Positions 20,895 through 30,870 of a DNA stretch of 64,000 nucleotides are shown here, in pieces. Every line of letters starts with the position of its first letter. Within the stretch, counting starts at the first letter, position 1. The notes beneath the pieces are model-generated. The model was not told the origin of the DNA. It saw only the letters and a program-made list of their open reading frames with translations, and did not search any database. The stretch is from a virus. The DNA lies in the IMG/VR virus record IMGVR_UViG_3300027741_000048, positions 1 to 64,000 of that record. One strand, written 5' to 3'. The translations under genes were made by a program, and so were the position numbers.

Positions 20895-22751
20895 TTAAAC
20901 GGTTTGCAGCTGTTGAAGTGATGGTGTAATAACTGTAATTTTATTTGTAAAATTTAGCGCGTCCTTAAGATACGGAAATTTAAAATAAGGGAGATTGAAG
21001 TTTTGAGCGTGTATAGCTATATCTGTATACGCATAAACAGGATTATAAATTAAAAGACTTACACCTGGTACGGTTATTGTCTGACCGTTAATTACACGCT
21101 GCGTAGCTACACTCCGTACACCGTTAATAGCGAGTATCTGATTTGTTAGATCAGTTATTTGTATGGCGAGACCAAGATTATCGTTTGTTGTAGCAAAATA
21201 ATTCGTAAATACCTTTGATACTAATTGCTTGATTGTAATCGGATCTGATTGTGATGTTGGGTCACGTGTGATAATTAGTGATGTGGTGTCGCCGATATTC
21301 GGTGTGAGCGGTTCAATACCATCAGTGATACCGAGATTAACTTCTACGTACACAGGATCGTTAATAATTATCTCTGTTGTTGTTAATTTGACGTTAGTGA
21401 GACTGTTTATAATAAGTTGTTTTTGCGCAGCGTTGAGATAATTGACTCTTGTTGTAGCAGACGATGTTTTGACGAGCTTTGGTACTGTGTAGATGTAAAC
21501 ATTGTTAAAATTCGACGAATCTGCAAATTTTGCATGACTTAATAACACTCTTGAGTCAAGATTTGGTTTTGTTACACCGATATCAAAGAAGTATTTTAAA
21601 TGACCGGTTAAATAATCCCAGTTGTTGACAACCTGTGTAGAGACAATTATATTGCTGAAGTTTGTAGAAATATAGTGATTAAAATCTTCTGCTGTAATTA
21701 ATCTATACTGGCTCTTAAAAGCGTTTTTTGCATTATTCTGAATATTCGACACACTCTCAATGTCAGCGTAGCTTGTAGATGTGTCTGTGTTTGCAAAGCT
21801 TATGCTTGTAGCTTCAGCAGGTGTTAAAAATTGAAGATTTGGTGATGTTGTGTTAGCAAGTATTGCGTTATAGCGTGCGGTGTTATAAAAGTAGAGCTGT
21901 TTGCTGTTGAGGAGACCTGGACCAACTTCACCCTGTTTACCGCTTGATTGTAGGTAATAGACTGCAACCTGCGATCCTGGTTGTAATTGCTGACCGTTGA
22001 TGCTGTTACCAAATTTTATTTCATATCGCCCGCTTTCATTTAATCGAATTTCGTATTTTAATGCGTTGGATTTCTCTAAGAATAATGACGGCGTTGGTGT
22101 CCATTTTTGCCAAATAGCCCCGACATCAGGTGTTTTAACGTAAACGCTTGTATTAAAATGATCAATAATTACATTAGCTCCGTTACTACCGACTACCGTT
22201 AGAGTAATAGTTTCAAATGGCGCGCCTGTCGCTGTATATGTTGGATATTCAACAAATGTACCTTGATATAATACGTTATTTTCTTGTAGATCAGTTAGTG
22301 TACCTGCCGTTGCTGTAGAATTAGTAAACGTTATATCGTTATTAAACGAATACACTGTACCGTTAATATTAAAGTATGAAAACCGAGGAATCGTATAAAT
22401 TCCTACAGGTAACCCACCGTTCGACGAGGCGTTGAATGGTAATACTGCTGTTTGCGCACCAATTGGATTATATCCAATAAGCTTTACGATCTTATTAATA
22501 TTTTCGTATAGTTCAGCAGTTGAAAATGTACTCTCTGCACCTGTTCTGTTAAGATAAAACAAGAGCACATGATAGGCGTAGGCTATAATATCGATAACCG
22601 AGGATAGATTACTACCCTCGTATTTTTGATCTGTATAGGTGTTAGTGGAGTTTAAACGCTTTATGATTAAGCTTTTTAGGCTTAATGCGTCAAAAGCTGC
22701 ATATCCATCTATCGGTAGATTAAAGTCGTCGTGTTGATTATTAGTTGCCAT
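20895..22751 (-). CDS. gp6: Baseplate wedge subunit (T4 gp6-like)
   Basis: TDQKYEGSNLSSVIDIIAY..ESTFSTA..LIGYNP; YEIKFGNSINGQQ; QYRLITAEDF. Confidence 0.9.
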   Translation of the reverse strand: MATNNQHDDFNLPIDGYAAFDALSLKSLIIKRLNSTNTYTDQKYEGSNLSSVIDIIAYAYHVLLFYLNRTGAESTFSTAELYENINKIVKLIGYNPIGAQTAVLPFNASSNGGLPVGIYTIPRFSYFNINGTVYSFNNDITFTNSTATAGTLTDLQENNVLYQGTFVEYPTYTATGAPFETITLTVVGSNGANVIIDHFNTSVYVKTPDVGAIWQKWTPTPSLFLEKSNALKYEIRLNESGRYEIKFGNSINGQQLQPGSQVAVYYLQSSGKQGEVGPGLLNSKQLYFYNTARYNAILANTTSPNLQFLTPAEATSISFANTDTSTSYADIESVSNIQNNAKNAFKSQYRLITAEDFNHYISTNFSNIIVSTQVVNNWDYLTGHLKYFFDIGVTKPNLDSRVLLSHAKFADSSNFNNVYIYTVPKLVKTSSATTRVNYLNAAQKQLIINSLTNVKLTTTEIIINDPVYVEVNLGITDGIEPLTPNIGDTTSLIITRDPTSQSDPITIKQLVSKVFTNYFATTNDNLGLAIQITDLTNQILAINGVRSVATQRVINGQTITVPGVSLLIYNPVYAYTDIAIHAQNFNLPYFKFPYLKDALNFTNKITVITPSLQQLQTV

Positions 22752-22759
22752 ATATTATA

Positions 22760-23269
22760 TTATTGTGTAGAGAAAGCAAACCCCGAGGTACTTAATATCC
22801 CATTTAACTGAAAGCTAGAGCTTCCTAATGTAGGGACGGTTATAACTATGTTTACTACATATTGATGATTATCAGGGTCTGCTAATACTTGCACTTTCTT
22901 AAGTGTAACGCGTGGTTCGAATGTAGTTGTACCCGAAGCAATTTGATTGCCTATGAGTTGCGCGGTGTTTTCACTACATTCTTCAAATATATATTGTAAA
23001 AGATTAAGACCAAAATAAGGATTAAGAATTTTTTGACCCGGTACAGTATTAAATAAATTTAATAATGAGTTTCTAATAGCTCCTAAATTATAATCGGCTT
23101 TTATGTCGATAATTTCCTCTTCTCGTTGAAGTTCATTATTCTGTGTATAAGCACCGAACGGCGCTTTACCGAAAACTGGTGTAAAATCTAAATGCATATC
23201 ACAGTATACAAAGCCATTTGGTAGTGAAGCGGGTTTTTGTGATATAGATTGTAACTTAATAGTAGCCAC
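22760..23269 (-). CDS. gp25: Baseplate wedge subunit (T4 gp25-like)
   Basis: AIRNSLLNLFNTVPGQKILNPYFGLNL..IFE..FEPRV; GTG start. Confidence 0.9.
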   Translation of the reverse strand: MATIKLQSISQKPASLPNGFVYCDMHLDFTPVFGKAPFGAYTQNNELQREEEIIDIKADYNLGAIRNSLLNLFNTVPGQKILNPYFGLNLLQYIFEECSENTAQLIGNQIASGTTTFEPRVTLKKVQVLADPDNHQYVVNIVITVPTLGSSSFQLNGILSTSGFAFSTQ

Positions 23270-23274
23270 GTATA

Positions 23275-23282
23275 TATTTATA
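23275..23282 (-). promoter_or_regulatory. T4-type late promoter TATAAATA
   Basis: Exact TATAAATA 5 nt before the gp25 GTG. Confidence 0.75.
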
Positions 23283-23336
23283 CCGTTTTCTTCGTTTCAA
23301 TATAATGGTTTATTGACACTAGAACAATAAATAATA

Positions 23337-23942
23337 ATGATGAAGAAAAGACGTTTTATTGAGTTATATGAGAGCTGGTTATTAAGAAACAACCATAGTG
23401 GCTTTCTCGTTGGTGATATTGTTAAATTTAAACCAGATGCTCTTAAGCATGAATACGTAAAAACTCAATCAGATGAAATTAAAAAAGCGATAGAGCATCT
23501 CTTCAATTGTAAGGGTACCGTCCGCATTACCAATGTCATTAACAAATACCCTGCCGTATTCGGTGCAGGTAATAGTGATAATTTTGGGCCTAATTTTTCT
23601 GTTGAAGTCTCAGAAGACGAAGGCGGTGGTCGCCTAGGTACTAGTGCTGTTGTTCACGCTAACATGATTGAGCGTATCGATACTACACCTAATCTCGAGC
23701 CGGTACCAGATAAAGCAAAATATCAACCAAGAATCAATATCAAGCCAGTACCTGTAAAGGATGAAGCAGAAGAGGTACCTTTCTATTCACCAGCTCGTAC
23801 ACGTACTTCTGATATCGGTGGAGGTAAGCTTTCTAGCGGCGATCGAACCCTTAAAAATGTTAACGTAAAAATCCCTGCAACACCTAGCACCGGTGCTGCT
23901 GACCCTGCTCAGTATACAGCAAATTATCTACCTAAAGCTTAA
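23337..23942 (+). CDS. Hypothetical late protein
   Basis: 201 aa, AATAAATA upstream, convergent overlap with the clamp loader. Confidence 0.6.
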   Translation: MMKKRRFIELYESWLLRNNHSGFLVGDIVKFKPDALKHEYVKTQSDEIKKAIEHLFNCKGTVRITNVINKYPAVFGAGNSDNFGPNFSVEVSEDEGGGRLGTSAVVHANMIERIDTTPNLEPVPDKAKYQPRINIKPVPVKDEAEEVPFYSPARTRTSDIGGGKLSSGDRTLKNVNVKIPATPSTGAADPAQYTANYLPKA

Positions 23943-24864
23943 TATCAGAAAGCTGAATTAAGCAAGCGTAGCAGTTTAATTCCTGATCTACGCAAAAGGC
24001 TGATCTATACAAGTATTCAGAAATTGCTAATAGGTAGAGTCGCTTTAAATCTGAGTTCTTCTCCGCTTCATCAATATAGTTAAAAAGATTACGCAATAGT
24101 AGTACGTAATCAGAATTAAAAGTATGCTCACTTTCAATTAGCGCTTTGCGAAGGGTGTCAGTATTTTTTCTCTTCACCTCTCTAAAAATTAGCTCTAGTA
24201 CTTTATTGTTTTTTGTATCTTGTAGGACGAGAGTACCGGAAGCAGAAAACTTCTGTAATTCATTAATACACTTGCGAAGATCAGGATATGTACCTTTTAC
24301 GAACTCGACAAACTTTACCTTTTGATCTTCACCGATTGAGATACCTTCTTTCTTTAAGATAACCGCACACCTCTTTACAGCAGCATCGAGAGGCGGTGTT
24401 AGGTCAAAGCTCTGACAACGGCTTCTTAGAGCTGGTATGATTCTATAGCTATAATTCGCTGTAAGAATAAACCGTGTGATACCGGCAAACTCCTCCATCG
24501 TATTTCTTAAAGCGCGTTGCGCGTCAATAGAGAGTCCATCGGTTTCGTCTAAGATAATAACCTTTATCTTACCGTCAATGCTCATCGTCTGAGCAAACCC
24601 TGTCACTTTCGTTCTAATAGTATCGATACCGTTTTCATCTGATGCGTTGATATAAAGATATTGACAGCCGAGAATATCATTGACAATAATTTTAGCGCTT
24701 GATGTTTTACCTATGCCTGGTCCTCCAGTAAAGAGAAGATTAGGTATTTCTTGCTTATTCTTATATGACAGTAATGTATCACGTACATCGCTTGTGCAGA
24801 TAAAGTCCTCTAATGTATGAGGCCTGTACTTTTCGCACCAAATATTATCAAAACTATAACTCAT
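23932..24864 (-). CDS. gp44: Sliding clamp loader large subunit (T4 gp44/RFC-like AAA+)
   Basis: WCEKYRP, GGPGIGKT, YINASDENG, IILDETD, LRSRC. Start moved to MSYSF. Confidence 0.92.
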   Translation of the reverse strand: MSYSFDNIWCEKYRPHTLEDFICTSDVRDTLLSYKNKQEIPNLLFTGGPGIGKTSSAKIIVNDILGCQYLYINASDENGIDTIRTKVTGFAQTMSIDGKIKVIILDETDGLSIDAQRALRNTMEEFAGITRFILTANYSYRIIPALRSRCQSFDLTPPLDAAVKRCAVILKKEGISIGEDQKVKFVEFVKGTYPDLRKCINELQKFSASGTLVLQDTKNNKVLELIFREVKRKNTDTLRKALIESEHTFNSDYVLLLRNLFNYIDEAEKNSDLKRLYLLAISEYLYRSAFCVDQELNCYACLIQLSDIKL

Positions 24865-24865
24865 T

Positions 24866-25318
24866 TTATCGTCCGGAAGAACCAAATCCCTTTTCGCCTC
24901 TATCGGTCGTTTCAACCTGACCCCAAGCAACAGGCATATGAGTATTCATATAGATGACAAATTGTGCAATACGATCACCCGCCTTAATCTCATAGTCCAC
25001 ATCTGTATTATTGTATAATTTAATACCTGCATCGCCTCGATAAGCATTATCAATAATACCTGGGTGCGGTGTTATACCGTATTTAAACCCTAGACCAGAT
25101 CGTGCTTCAACCTTAACCCAATAACCTTCTGGTATACTAGCAAACTTCAACCCTACGTTTACAATAGCGCTACCACGTGCCGGTATTGTTTTATCTTCTA
25201 TACTATAAACATCATAACCGGTATCAGATTCGTGATTCTTAGTAGGAAGCTTGGCAAGATCGTGCGTCTTCTCAAACTTTAAAATAGGCAAGTATTGGAT
25301 ATTAGGATCGATTGACAT
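24866..25318 (-). CDS. dut: Trimeric dUTPase
   Basis: TGYDV, ARSGL, GIIDNAYRG, GDRIAQ, RGEKGFGSSG (motifs I-V). Confidence 0.95.
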   Translation of the reverse strand: MSIDPNIQYLPILKFEKTHDLAKLPTKNHESDTGYDVYSIEDKTIPARGSAIVNVGLKFASIPEGYWVKVEARSGLGFKYGITPHPGIIDNAYRGDAGIKLYNNTDVDYEIKAGDRIAQFVIYMNTHMPVAWGQVETTDRGEKGFGSSGR

Positions 25319-25378
25319 ATACTTTGTATAATAATATACCTTTAACTAAAATCAACCCCTAATAAATATATCGACAGT

Positions 25379-25846
25379 ATGGACGATAAAACAAATAATG
25401 AAGTAGGTACTCTTCTTGATCAACTTCAAGCAGTTAGCTTAAATGCAGAGCGTGTACGTGAGGAGAGAGATCCTCTAAAAAAAGAAGACTTAGAAAATTT
25501 TGTTATAGAAAAAGGCGGTACCTTGGTCGAGGATGCCTTGGAGATGATTGCAACAGTTAAGGATTTTATTATCTCTGCTCCGAATGCTGAAGATGTAGGT
25601 GCGCTCGCTGATTTGATTAGATCGGCTTCTTCTGCTATTGATGCACTTAATCGTATAACAGTAACTGATAAAAAGTCTGAGACATCCATTAAACTAAAAG
25701 AAATGGACATTGCGTCGAGAAAGGAATTACAACGGTCGGATAACGAGCAGAAACTTCTAGCTACAAGAGAAGAAATATTTAAAATGCTTGTTGATAAAGC
25801 TAAGCCAATAGAAGCTGAAATAATCTCAGATAAGAAAATAAATTAA
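25379..25846 (+). CDS. Probable terminase small subunit (T4 gp16-like)
   Basis: Helical pattern VIEKGGTLVEDALEMI...EDVGALADLIRSASSAIDALNRI resembles gp16; late promoter motif upstream. Confidence 0.5.
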   Translation: MDDKTNNEVGTLLDQLQAVSLNAERVREERDPLKKEDLENFVIEKGGTLVEDALEMIATVKDFIISAPNAEDVGALADLIRSASSAIDALNRITVTDKKSETSIKLKEMDIASRKELQRSDNEQKLLATREEIFKMLVDKAKPIEAEIISDKKIN

Positions 25847-25860
25847 TCTTTAATAAGGTA

Positions 25861-27093
25861 TTATTTACCGGCCTTGTTATTATTCTGTGAAGCAGGTCCT
25901 TTATCGCACTTTGTAAATTCGTCATTAATAGCTTGCCAAATTTGATTAGGGTCAGGTACAAGGCTTTTGAGCTCGTCTTCAATATTGTGAAGTGCATTAA
26001 TAATATTTGACGTAACGTCTTCATATTCTTTTTTAATATATTTCTCTATATCGTCTAATTTTGGAAATTTAATCTGTGTTAATTGTTTAAACGATGGTAG
26101 CTTAATACTAGGTGGTACGAAGTTACAAATAATGGCTTTGACTTGCTTCTCTAGAGATATCAATCCCGTTAAGCTTGTAGGTGGGCCGTTATGATATATA
26201 TCTGTAGCAAGGCTAAAAATATTTGACAACGATCCGAGATTAAATTCACCACCTTGTAGAGAGGGTAAACTACCTTGTATATTAAGTACCTTAGCGGCTT
26301 GACCGATAAGGCCTTCGACTGATCCTATTGGGTTTTGTAATAGATTAGTTAAATTTGATGTTCCAGGTATTTGACCGAGAGCGTTTTGTGCAAATTTAAG
26401 TCCAGGTATTTTTGCGACTGTTTGTGTTATTTGTGTTGTTGGTATTACTTGATTCGCTAATCCTGTAATTGTTGTGCCTACGTTTATTTGTCCGTTATTA
26501 TTGAATAGATTACTAAATGTCTGTACACCGCCTGAGGTAACAGTCTTTGTAAATTGTGAAAAACGAGTACCGAGACTATTTGCTGCTGCTGATGTACCAG
26601 ATGAAAATTGTAAACCAGCGGAGTTTTGTGTCGCAGAGCCAGGTACTGATGATGGTAATCCAATACCGTTTTCAAGTTGTTTGAGTATATTGTTGCTTGC
26701 GTCGAAATTACGTGCATTACCTACTTGATTTATTTGTATGCTAATAGCGGAAAGTGAAGAAATTGCTCTGTATGCTGTAGACGTGTTAGTATTAATTTTC
26801 TTTCCCAATAAATCTACCATTATCCAAGTACCTTCCACGTTAATTTGATAATTTAAAGGAGCAATAAATTGTCTGTTACTATATTGGCCTTGCGTTTTTT
26901 GCTGTAATGCTGCGATACCAGCGGTTTGTGCTTGTGTAGCTGCATTGAGCGCTTGTTGCTGTGGTGAAGCAGCTAAAGTTTGCGCTGCTGGCGCTAGCTG
27001 TTTATATGGATTTGGAGATAACCCTGGTTTACCAAGAACATTATCAGCGTTTTCAAGATATGTTAAATTAGATGAAAAGACGTTAGTAGCCAT
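25861..27093 (-). CDS. Hypothetical virion/tail-associated protein
   Basis: 410 aa, rich in Q/N/G/A, last gene of the hub operon. Confidence 0.5.
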   Translation of the reverse strand: MATNVFSSNLTYLENADNVLGKPGLSPNPYKQLAPAAQTLAASPQQQALNAATQAQTAGIAALQQKTQGQYSNRQFIAPLNYQINVEGTWIMVDLLGKKINTNTSTAYRAISSLSAISIQINQVGNARNFDASNNILKQLENGIGLPSSVPGSATQNSAGLQFSSGTSAAANSLGTRFSQFTKTVTSGGVQTFSNLFNNNGQINVGTTITGLANQVIPTTQITQTVAKIPGLKFAQNALGQIPGTSNLTNLLQNPIGSVEGLIGQAAKVLNIQGSLPSLQGGEFNLGSLSNIFSLATDIYHNGPPTSLTGLISLEKQVKAIICNFVPPSIKLPSFKQLTQIKFPKLDDIEKYIKKEYEDVTSNIINALHNIEDELKSLVPDPNQIWQAINDEFTKCDKGPASQNNNKAGK

Positions 27094-27098
27094 ATAGA

Positions 27099-28757
27099 TT
27101 ATGCTTTAGGTGGTATAGCAGGAGTAAAGCTTCCTTGTATCGCTATTGCATTATTACTGCGAGCTTGATAGTTTGCTGTTGCAGCTGTGGGTTTGAGATA
27201 ACTTTTTGCAAAACCCACGGCTGCAGTACTCACGTCAGGTGCATTAATCATACCAGAATAACCACCTCTTTTATAGAAGGCCGGTTCTCTAAAGAGCGCT
27301 TCTATCTGTGTTTGCGCGGATACATTATTAGGCGATTCTCCTTTACTTACAGCATACGCTCTCATGCGCTGTAAGATATCTTGATTCTCACCGAGTAACC
27401 CATATCCTATACCTTGATCGTGTGATAAGTTTGTTCTAAATGATGATTCTTGAGCTATATTACCGCAAATAGCAGATGCGACCTGTCTTGCTTGAGCATC
27501 TGTTGCTCCTTGTTTTAGAGCTTCGTTGTATGCGGTATTATATGCTATAATTGCGTTTTGCGCATCTACTTTACTACTTAACCCTAATTGTTTTTTAACG
27601 AGCTCGGGATCTGCATCTGCTCCGAGATAAACTGATGTAGGTGGTGCACTGTTTGCTGTAGTGGTATATGTGGTTTCACCTGTTGTAGGATCGTATATAG
27701 CAGCACTTAATATACCACCTTGTTGTGATTGTAGATACGCAGTATGTTCTAGTGCGTATGCTGCTTGTGCGTCAGCTGCTTCTTGCGCTGCAATTTCCTG
27801 AGAAGCAGCTGCACTCTCTTCTGATGTTACAATAGTGAAATCCTTATCACTTGGTTGAATAGGAAAGATATCTCGAAGATTTAAAGCTGTCTGGTTACCG
27901 ATATTACTCAAATACTGTATAAATCCGAATAGCTTTGCTTGCTTAAAAACGCCTGCAAGAGTACTCTTAAATGCGTCTAATTGTTTGTTTATATTTACAA
28001 ACGTGGGTAAGTCGTTAATTAAATTTAATCCGTGTGATGTTGTTGCATCTGCTGCCATATTTTGCTGTAGAATAGGTGTAGTATATGCTATACCCATTAG
28101 ATTACGTCTCATGACAACAGTGTTTTTTCTACTTAAATTATAAGCCAGGTTTCTTGCTGTAGCGCTGAGTTTATTGTCTATGGATGCAGAGTACGGTACC
28201 GGTACACCGTAATAATCTTGATTAATATCAAAAATAGGTAGTGTGGTATCGAGTTGTATATATTTTGAATTTACTATTGTACCTATGGTATCGCTTATGT
28301 TGTCGAAATACCCTTCTTGTTGATTGAAGGTACTGTTATTGAAGGCGTTTTGCGAAAAAAGAGATGCACCAGGTAATTGGTTTGTTAAAAGATTTTGACT
28401 ATAGTATTCTGTTTTTGATTTATATGAAGTAATTTCTTTATTACTATAAGATAGTTTTTGATACCAGTAGAGAATACTTTCTAAAGGAAAGTCTGCCTGT
28501 CTGAAGTAGGTGTTTACCGCATTATTGTAGAAACCGCAAAGGGCAGTAATTACATCGCTTTGTTTAAAAGCGTTTCTGTAATCTATAGCAGCTTGTATTT
28601 CACCATCTGAAACAACTTCGGAAGGAAATATTTGACGTAAAGTTGTATAATCGGAAAGAGATTTTAAATCATTTGTTACATCGGTATCAACGAGATTAGG
28701 CGCTACGGTTAACTCATTATCGTTTGGTAAGCGTTGTGCGTATGTTGAAGTGCTCAT
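27099..28757 (-). CDS. Virion protein with C-terminal phage tail lysozyme (Phage_lysozyme2-like) domain
   Basis: ASAICGNIAQESSF..GYGLL..TQIEAL..APDVSTAAVGFAKSYLKP..RSNNA. Confidence 0.7.
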   Translation of the reverse strand: MSTSTYAQRLPNDNELTVAPNLVDTDVTNDLKSLSDYTTLRQIFPSEVVSDGEIQAAIDYRNAFKQSDVITALCGFYNNAVNTYFRQADFPLESILYWYQKLSYSNKEITSYKSKTEYYSQNLLTNQLPGASLFSQNAFNNSTFNQQEGYFDNISDTIGTIVNSKYIQLDTTLPIFDINQDYYGVPVPYSASIDNKLSATARNLAYNLSRKNTVVMRRNLMGIAYTTPILQQNMAADATTSHGLNLINDLPTFVNINKQLDAFKSTLAGVFKQAKLFGFIQYLSNIGNQTALNLRDIFPIQPSDKDFTIVTSEESAAASQEIAAQEAADAQAAYALEHTAYLQSQQGGILSAAIYDPTTGETTYTTTANSAPPTSVYLGADADPELVKKQLGLSSKVDAQNAIIAYNTAYNEALKQGATDAQARQVASAICGNIAQESSFRTNLSHDQGIGYGLLGENQDILQRMRAYAVSKGESPNNVSAQTQIEALFREPAFYKRGGYSGMINAPDVSTAAVGFAKSYLKPTAATANYQARSNNAIAIQGSFTPAIPPKA

Positions 28758-28758
28758 A

Positions 28759-30465
28759 TTAGTATCCCTTTGATATTAAGCCAGCTAAGCTTCCATCAGC
28801 GACAGAATTATCAAAAGTGTTATCATATTGATGGAAATTGTACGTCTTTACGCAGTGTATATCATTATAATATTCGTTACCTTTAAAGATATGATTAACG
28901 CCGATAATAAAATATACACCTAATAATTTATTGTCAAATTTACTTATTGGTACGGCCCCGTCTCTGTCAATACCAATAAATCTACCGGCTTGACGGTGAG
29001 TTGATCCAGGTAATCGGAATGACATCAAATTATTAGTAAAGACACTTGCATATAAAAATTTATTTTTTCCAAATGCTAATCTTTGATCGGGATTTTGTTG
29101 TACGGTAGAAAAGACGTGTTTTATATTTTTATTTAAATACCGATACTGACCGGGTGCGAAGTTAGGATATGCAGGTTTACTGTTTGTACTCGGCATAGTA
29201 TTGACGTAATTGCTTTGATAAGTCTTCATAGCTTCCACTACACCGTTTCGTATAACATCGATATTAAACTGTTTGTTCTGATTATCATAGCTATGTACCA
29301 TATACGGTACTAATTTGTTCTGTGATATCGCGCCTGCCATATTATCATAAGAATAACTCTTAATAGTACCAATTCGATCAAAATAGAGTTCACCGGCTGG
29401 TGTAAAATAAGACGCGTTCTCTGAATGTGCGTCTTGGTTAGTAAAGCCACCAAGCTTAACTGTTTCAAGATATAAATCCCCCCCAACCCCGCTACTATAT
29501 GCTTGTCTAAAGTATTGAGTAATACTCTTAAGAGAAAACTGTCTCGGGTATCTCTCTAAGCGTAAAATACAATAGTCGTAATTACTCGCAACATTTGATA
29601 CATGTCGTGATAAAATATAATTTACACAGTCAATCGCTTTGTAATTTGCAGGTGTGGAAAAAAATAGTTTCGAACCGCCGATATCCCAATTAACGTTACC
29701 GTTATCCTGTTCTTGTTGTGTGAGTGTATTAACATCTTCTACACCAGGTACTGATGTACCTATATCAGCGGTATAACCGTCGTTAGTTGGAAACGTTGCT
29801 TTGATAAATTCTCTTAATATAATACCTGTATTAATACCTGCTTCAATAGTTTTTGGATCTTGACCGCTTGCTGTAGTTGTAAGACTAGTAGCATTACCTG
29901 TAGTTGTGTCTTGTATAGTTGCTGTTGTAAACTGTACGTTTTTTTCTAACATTAACTGATAATAAATATCCCAGAAATATAATTTTTTAAATTTCTTATC
30001 CGGCTGATCACCTGGTATCTCCTCACTGTTATAGACAACAAAGTCATAAGTCATTCTAAATAGCTTCTGTCCATCTTCCGGGCCCATACTAGAGGCATTT
30101 GTCTGATCGAATTGAGGCATAATTTCTATTCGAAGTATATCCCTGGATTCTCCTTGAAAGAGAAAGCCGGCGCTCTGATCTTGCGCATTCGTTGCATTAT
30201 TATAGTCGTAATATGATGGATTTGTAGGTGCTACTAGGTCAGGCGTGTCTCGCTCAAGAATATCAAAAGAATTATCTACAACAATAAACCCCTTATGGTA
30301 AAAATCACTTAGCATATCTTCTATTTGAAGAGCCTTTATTGCAGATGGCTTTATATCCTGTGACACCGATTGATCACCAGCAGCTGCTATAACCGTTATC
30401 TTAAAAATATAATGGTTATTATTAATTAGATGCGTATACCCATCTGTTGGTGTAATTGTATCCAT
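28759..30465 (-). CDS. Baseplate hub protein (T4 gp27-like)
   Basis: C-terminal LPGSTHRQAGRFI..LGVYFIIGVNHIF...YYNDIHCVK hub signature. Confidence 0.65.
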   Translation of the reverse strand: MDTITPTDGYTHLINNNHYIFKITVIAAAGDQSVSQDIKPSAIKALQIEDMLSDFYHKGFIVVDNSFDILERDTPDLVAPTNPSYYDYNNATNAQDQSAGFLFQGESRDILRIEIMPQFDQTNASSMGPEDGQKLFRMTYDFVVYNSEEIPGDQPDKKFKKLYFWDIYYQLMLEKNVQFTTATIQDTTTGNATSLTTTASGQDPKTIEAGINTGIILREFIKATFPTNDGYTADIGTSVPGVEDVNTLTQQEQDNGNVNWDIGGSKLFFSTPANYKAIDCVNYILSRHVSNVASNYDYCILRLERYPRQFSLKSITQYFRQAYSSGVGGDLYLETVKLGGFTNQDAHSENASYFTPAGELYFDRIGTIKSYSYDNMAGAISQNKLVPYMVHSYDNQNKQFNIDVIRNGVVEAMKTYQSNYVNTMPSTNSKPAYPNFAPGQYRYLNKNIKHVFSTVQQNPDQRLAFGKNKFLYASVFTNNLMSFRLPGSTHRQAGRFIGIDRDGAVPISKFDNKLLGVYFIIGVNHIFKGNEYYNDIHCVKTYNFHQYDNTFDNSVADGSLAGLISKGY

Positions 30466-30466
30466 T

Positions 30467-30832
30467 TTATTTTAGGGAGTCGTTAATCTCTTTTAAAATT
30501 TGTGGTAGAAATTGAGGTTTAATAATCTTAATAACAGTACCGCTTTTCGGTATCTTAAACGGGTTGTATACCTTATTTGTCAATAATATCAACCACCATA
30601 ACTCAATCGTCTTATATGCATTAAAGCTAACCATTGTCCAAGGTTGACTGCTTTTAATTGTCATATAAAAAATAGCGCGTGGATCAATCTGATCAGGTAG
30701 ATAAATGGATTGAATTAAATTATAAAAATACTGGCTATCTGCTGTAGTGTATAATTTAAAGATCTTTTCATACCGGTTTGTATTTAAATTCGGTAGCGCT
30801 TTAATATTGTTTTGATACTTACCTAGATCCAT
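30467..30832 (-). CDS. Baseplate wedge protein (gp53-like, LysM-type)
   Basis: WTMVSFNAYKTIELWWLILLTNKVYNPF..GTVIKI. Start placed at MDLGK, 5 nt after TAAATA. Confidence 0.75.
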   Translation of the reverse strand: MDLGKYQNNIKALPNLNTNRYEKIFKLYTTADSQYFYNLIQSIYLPDQIDPRAIFYMTIKSSQPWTMVSFNAYKTIELWWLILLTNKVYNPFKIPKSGTVIKIIKPQFLPQILKEINDSLK

Positions 30833-30870
30833 GTATATATTTAACATGGATATATTGTTTTTAAACGGTA

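Noticed and set aside
17262-29484. Seven-base G/C homopolymers (17262-17268, 29478-29484) as phase-variation sites
   Set aside because: They are short, encode Pro/Gly runs in presumably essential intact genes, and show no frame disruption.
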